This document shows positions 9,910-10,145 of a stretch of 10,145 bases of DNA, piece after piece. Source of the stretch: an uncultured Deinococcales bacterium. Lineage in GTDB: Bacteria > Deinococcota > Deinococci > Deinococcales > JAAFIG01. Both the position numbers and the translations under genes were made by a program. The notes below the pieces were generated by a model that ran no database searches, was not told the origin of the DNA, and saw nothing but the letters and a program-made list of their open reading frames with translations. Within the stretch, counting starts at the first letter, position 1, and every line of letters begins with the position of its first letter. The DNA lies in assembly GCA_964244895.1 (NCBI GenBank), contig CAXTKV010000006.1:45106-55250 (forward strand), in the 5' to 3' direction.

Positions 9910-9968
9910 GGAGACCGTTCCGGACGCATATTTCAGGATGCGAAAAAGACCGTTCAGGACGGTCTTCT
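9910..9968. repeat. Inverted ACCGT-N5-ACG box pair, 35-bp class
   Basis: Cores 9916-9926 and 9951-9961; right box aagaccgt-tcagg-acggtctt is self-complementary, same architecture as 210-270. Confidence 0.8.
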
Positions 9969-10002
9969 CGTTTCCACTCCCCTCATTTCACAGTAAACCG
10001 CT

Positions 10003-10129
10003 TGCGAACGTCAGCCCCCAGAACGTGTTCACGCGAGGGCAACCATCAAGGTTGCCCCTACAGGACAGGGTGTTGTCGGGGTAACCCTCGCGGTTACCCT
10101 TCCCTCGAGCCGTGTTCGATCGCGTTCGC
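10003..10129 (+). repeat. ~130-bp REP doublet element, copy 2
   Basis: Same orientation as 2315-2444; identical left REP (10037-10061); right hairpin GTCG+GGGTAACC-ctcgc-GGTTACCC (10075-10099); termini gcgaacg / cgttcgc. Confidence 0.88.
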
Positions 10130-10145
10130 CGGAGATCTGGTGAAG

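Noticed and set aside
2315..10129. Composite transposon or island bounded by the two 130-bp direct repeats
   Set aside because: No transposase or integrase, cargo includes housekeeping genes (folK, FemABX), and a third copy lies outside the interval.

Overview
GC-rich bacterial chromosomal window, most consistent with Deinococcota (inference from the FemABX-type gene, stand-alone DUF4388 protein and -10 hexamers sitting just upstream of start codons). It encodes ligA, an internally duplicated membrane protein, a lipoprotein, a FemABX / AT-rich membrane gene / small membrane gene / AroE-like operon, a secreted DUF6636-like protein, folK, a DUF4388 protein and a GlcD-like FAD oxidoreductase. 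The most unusual content is non-coding: (1) six inverted pairs of an ACCGT-N5-ACG box whose start-to-start spacing is always 25 or 35 bp despite divergent spacers, (2) a ~130-bp GTAG-REP doublet element in two full copies and one partial copy with compensatory hairpin changes, and (3) about 39 hand-counted CTCGAG palindromes, roughly ten times expectation. No transposase, tRNA/rRNA or CRISPR array was seen. All family calls are from motif recognition, not database searches.
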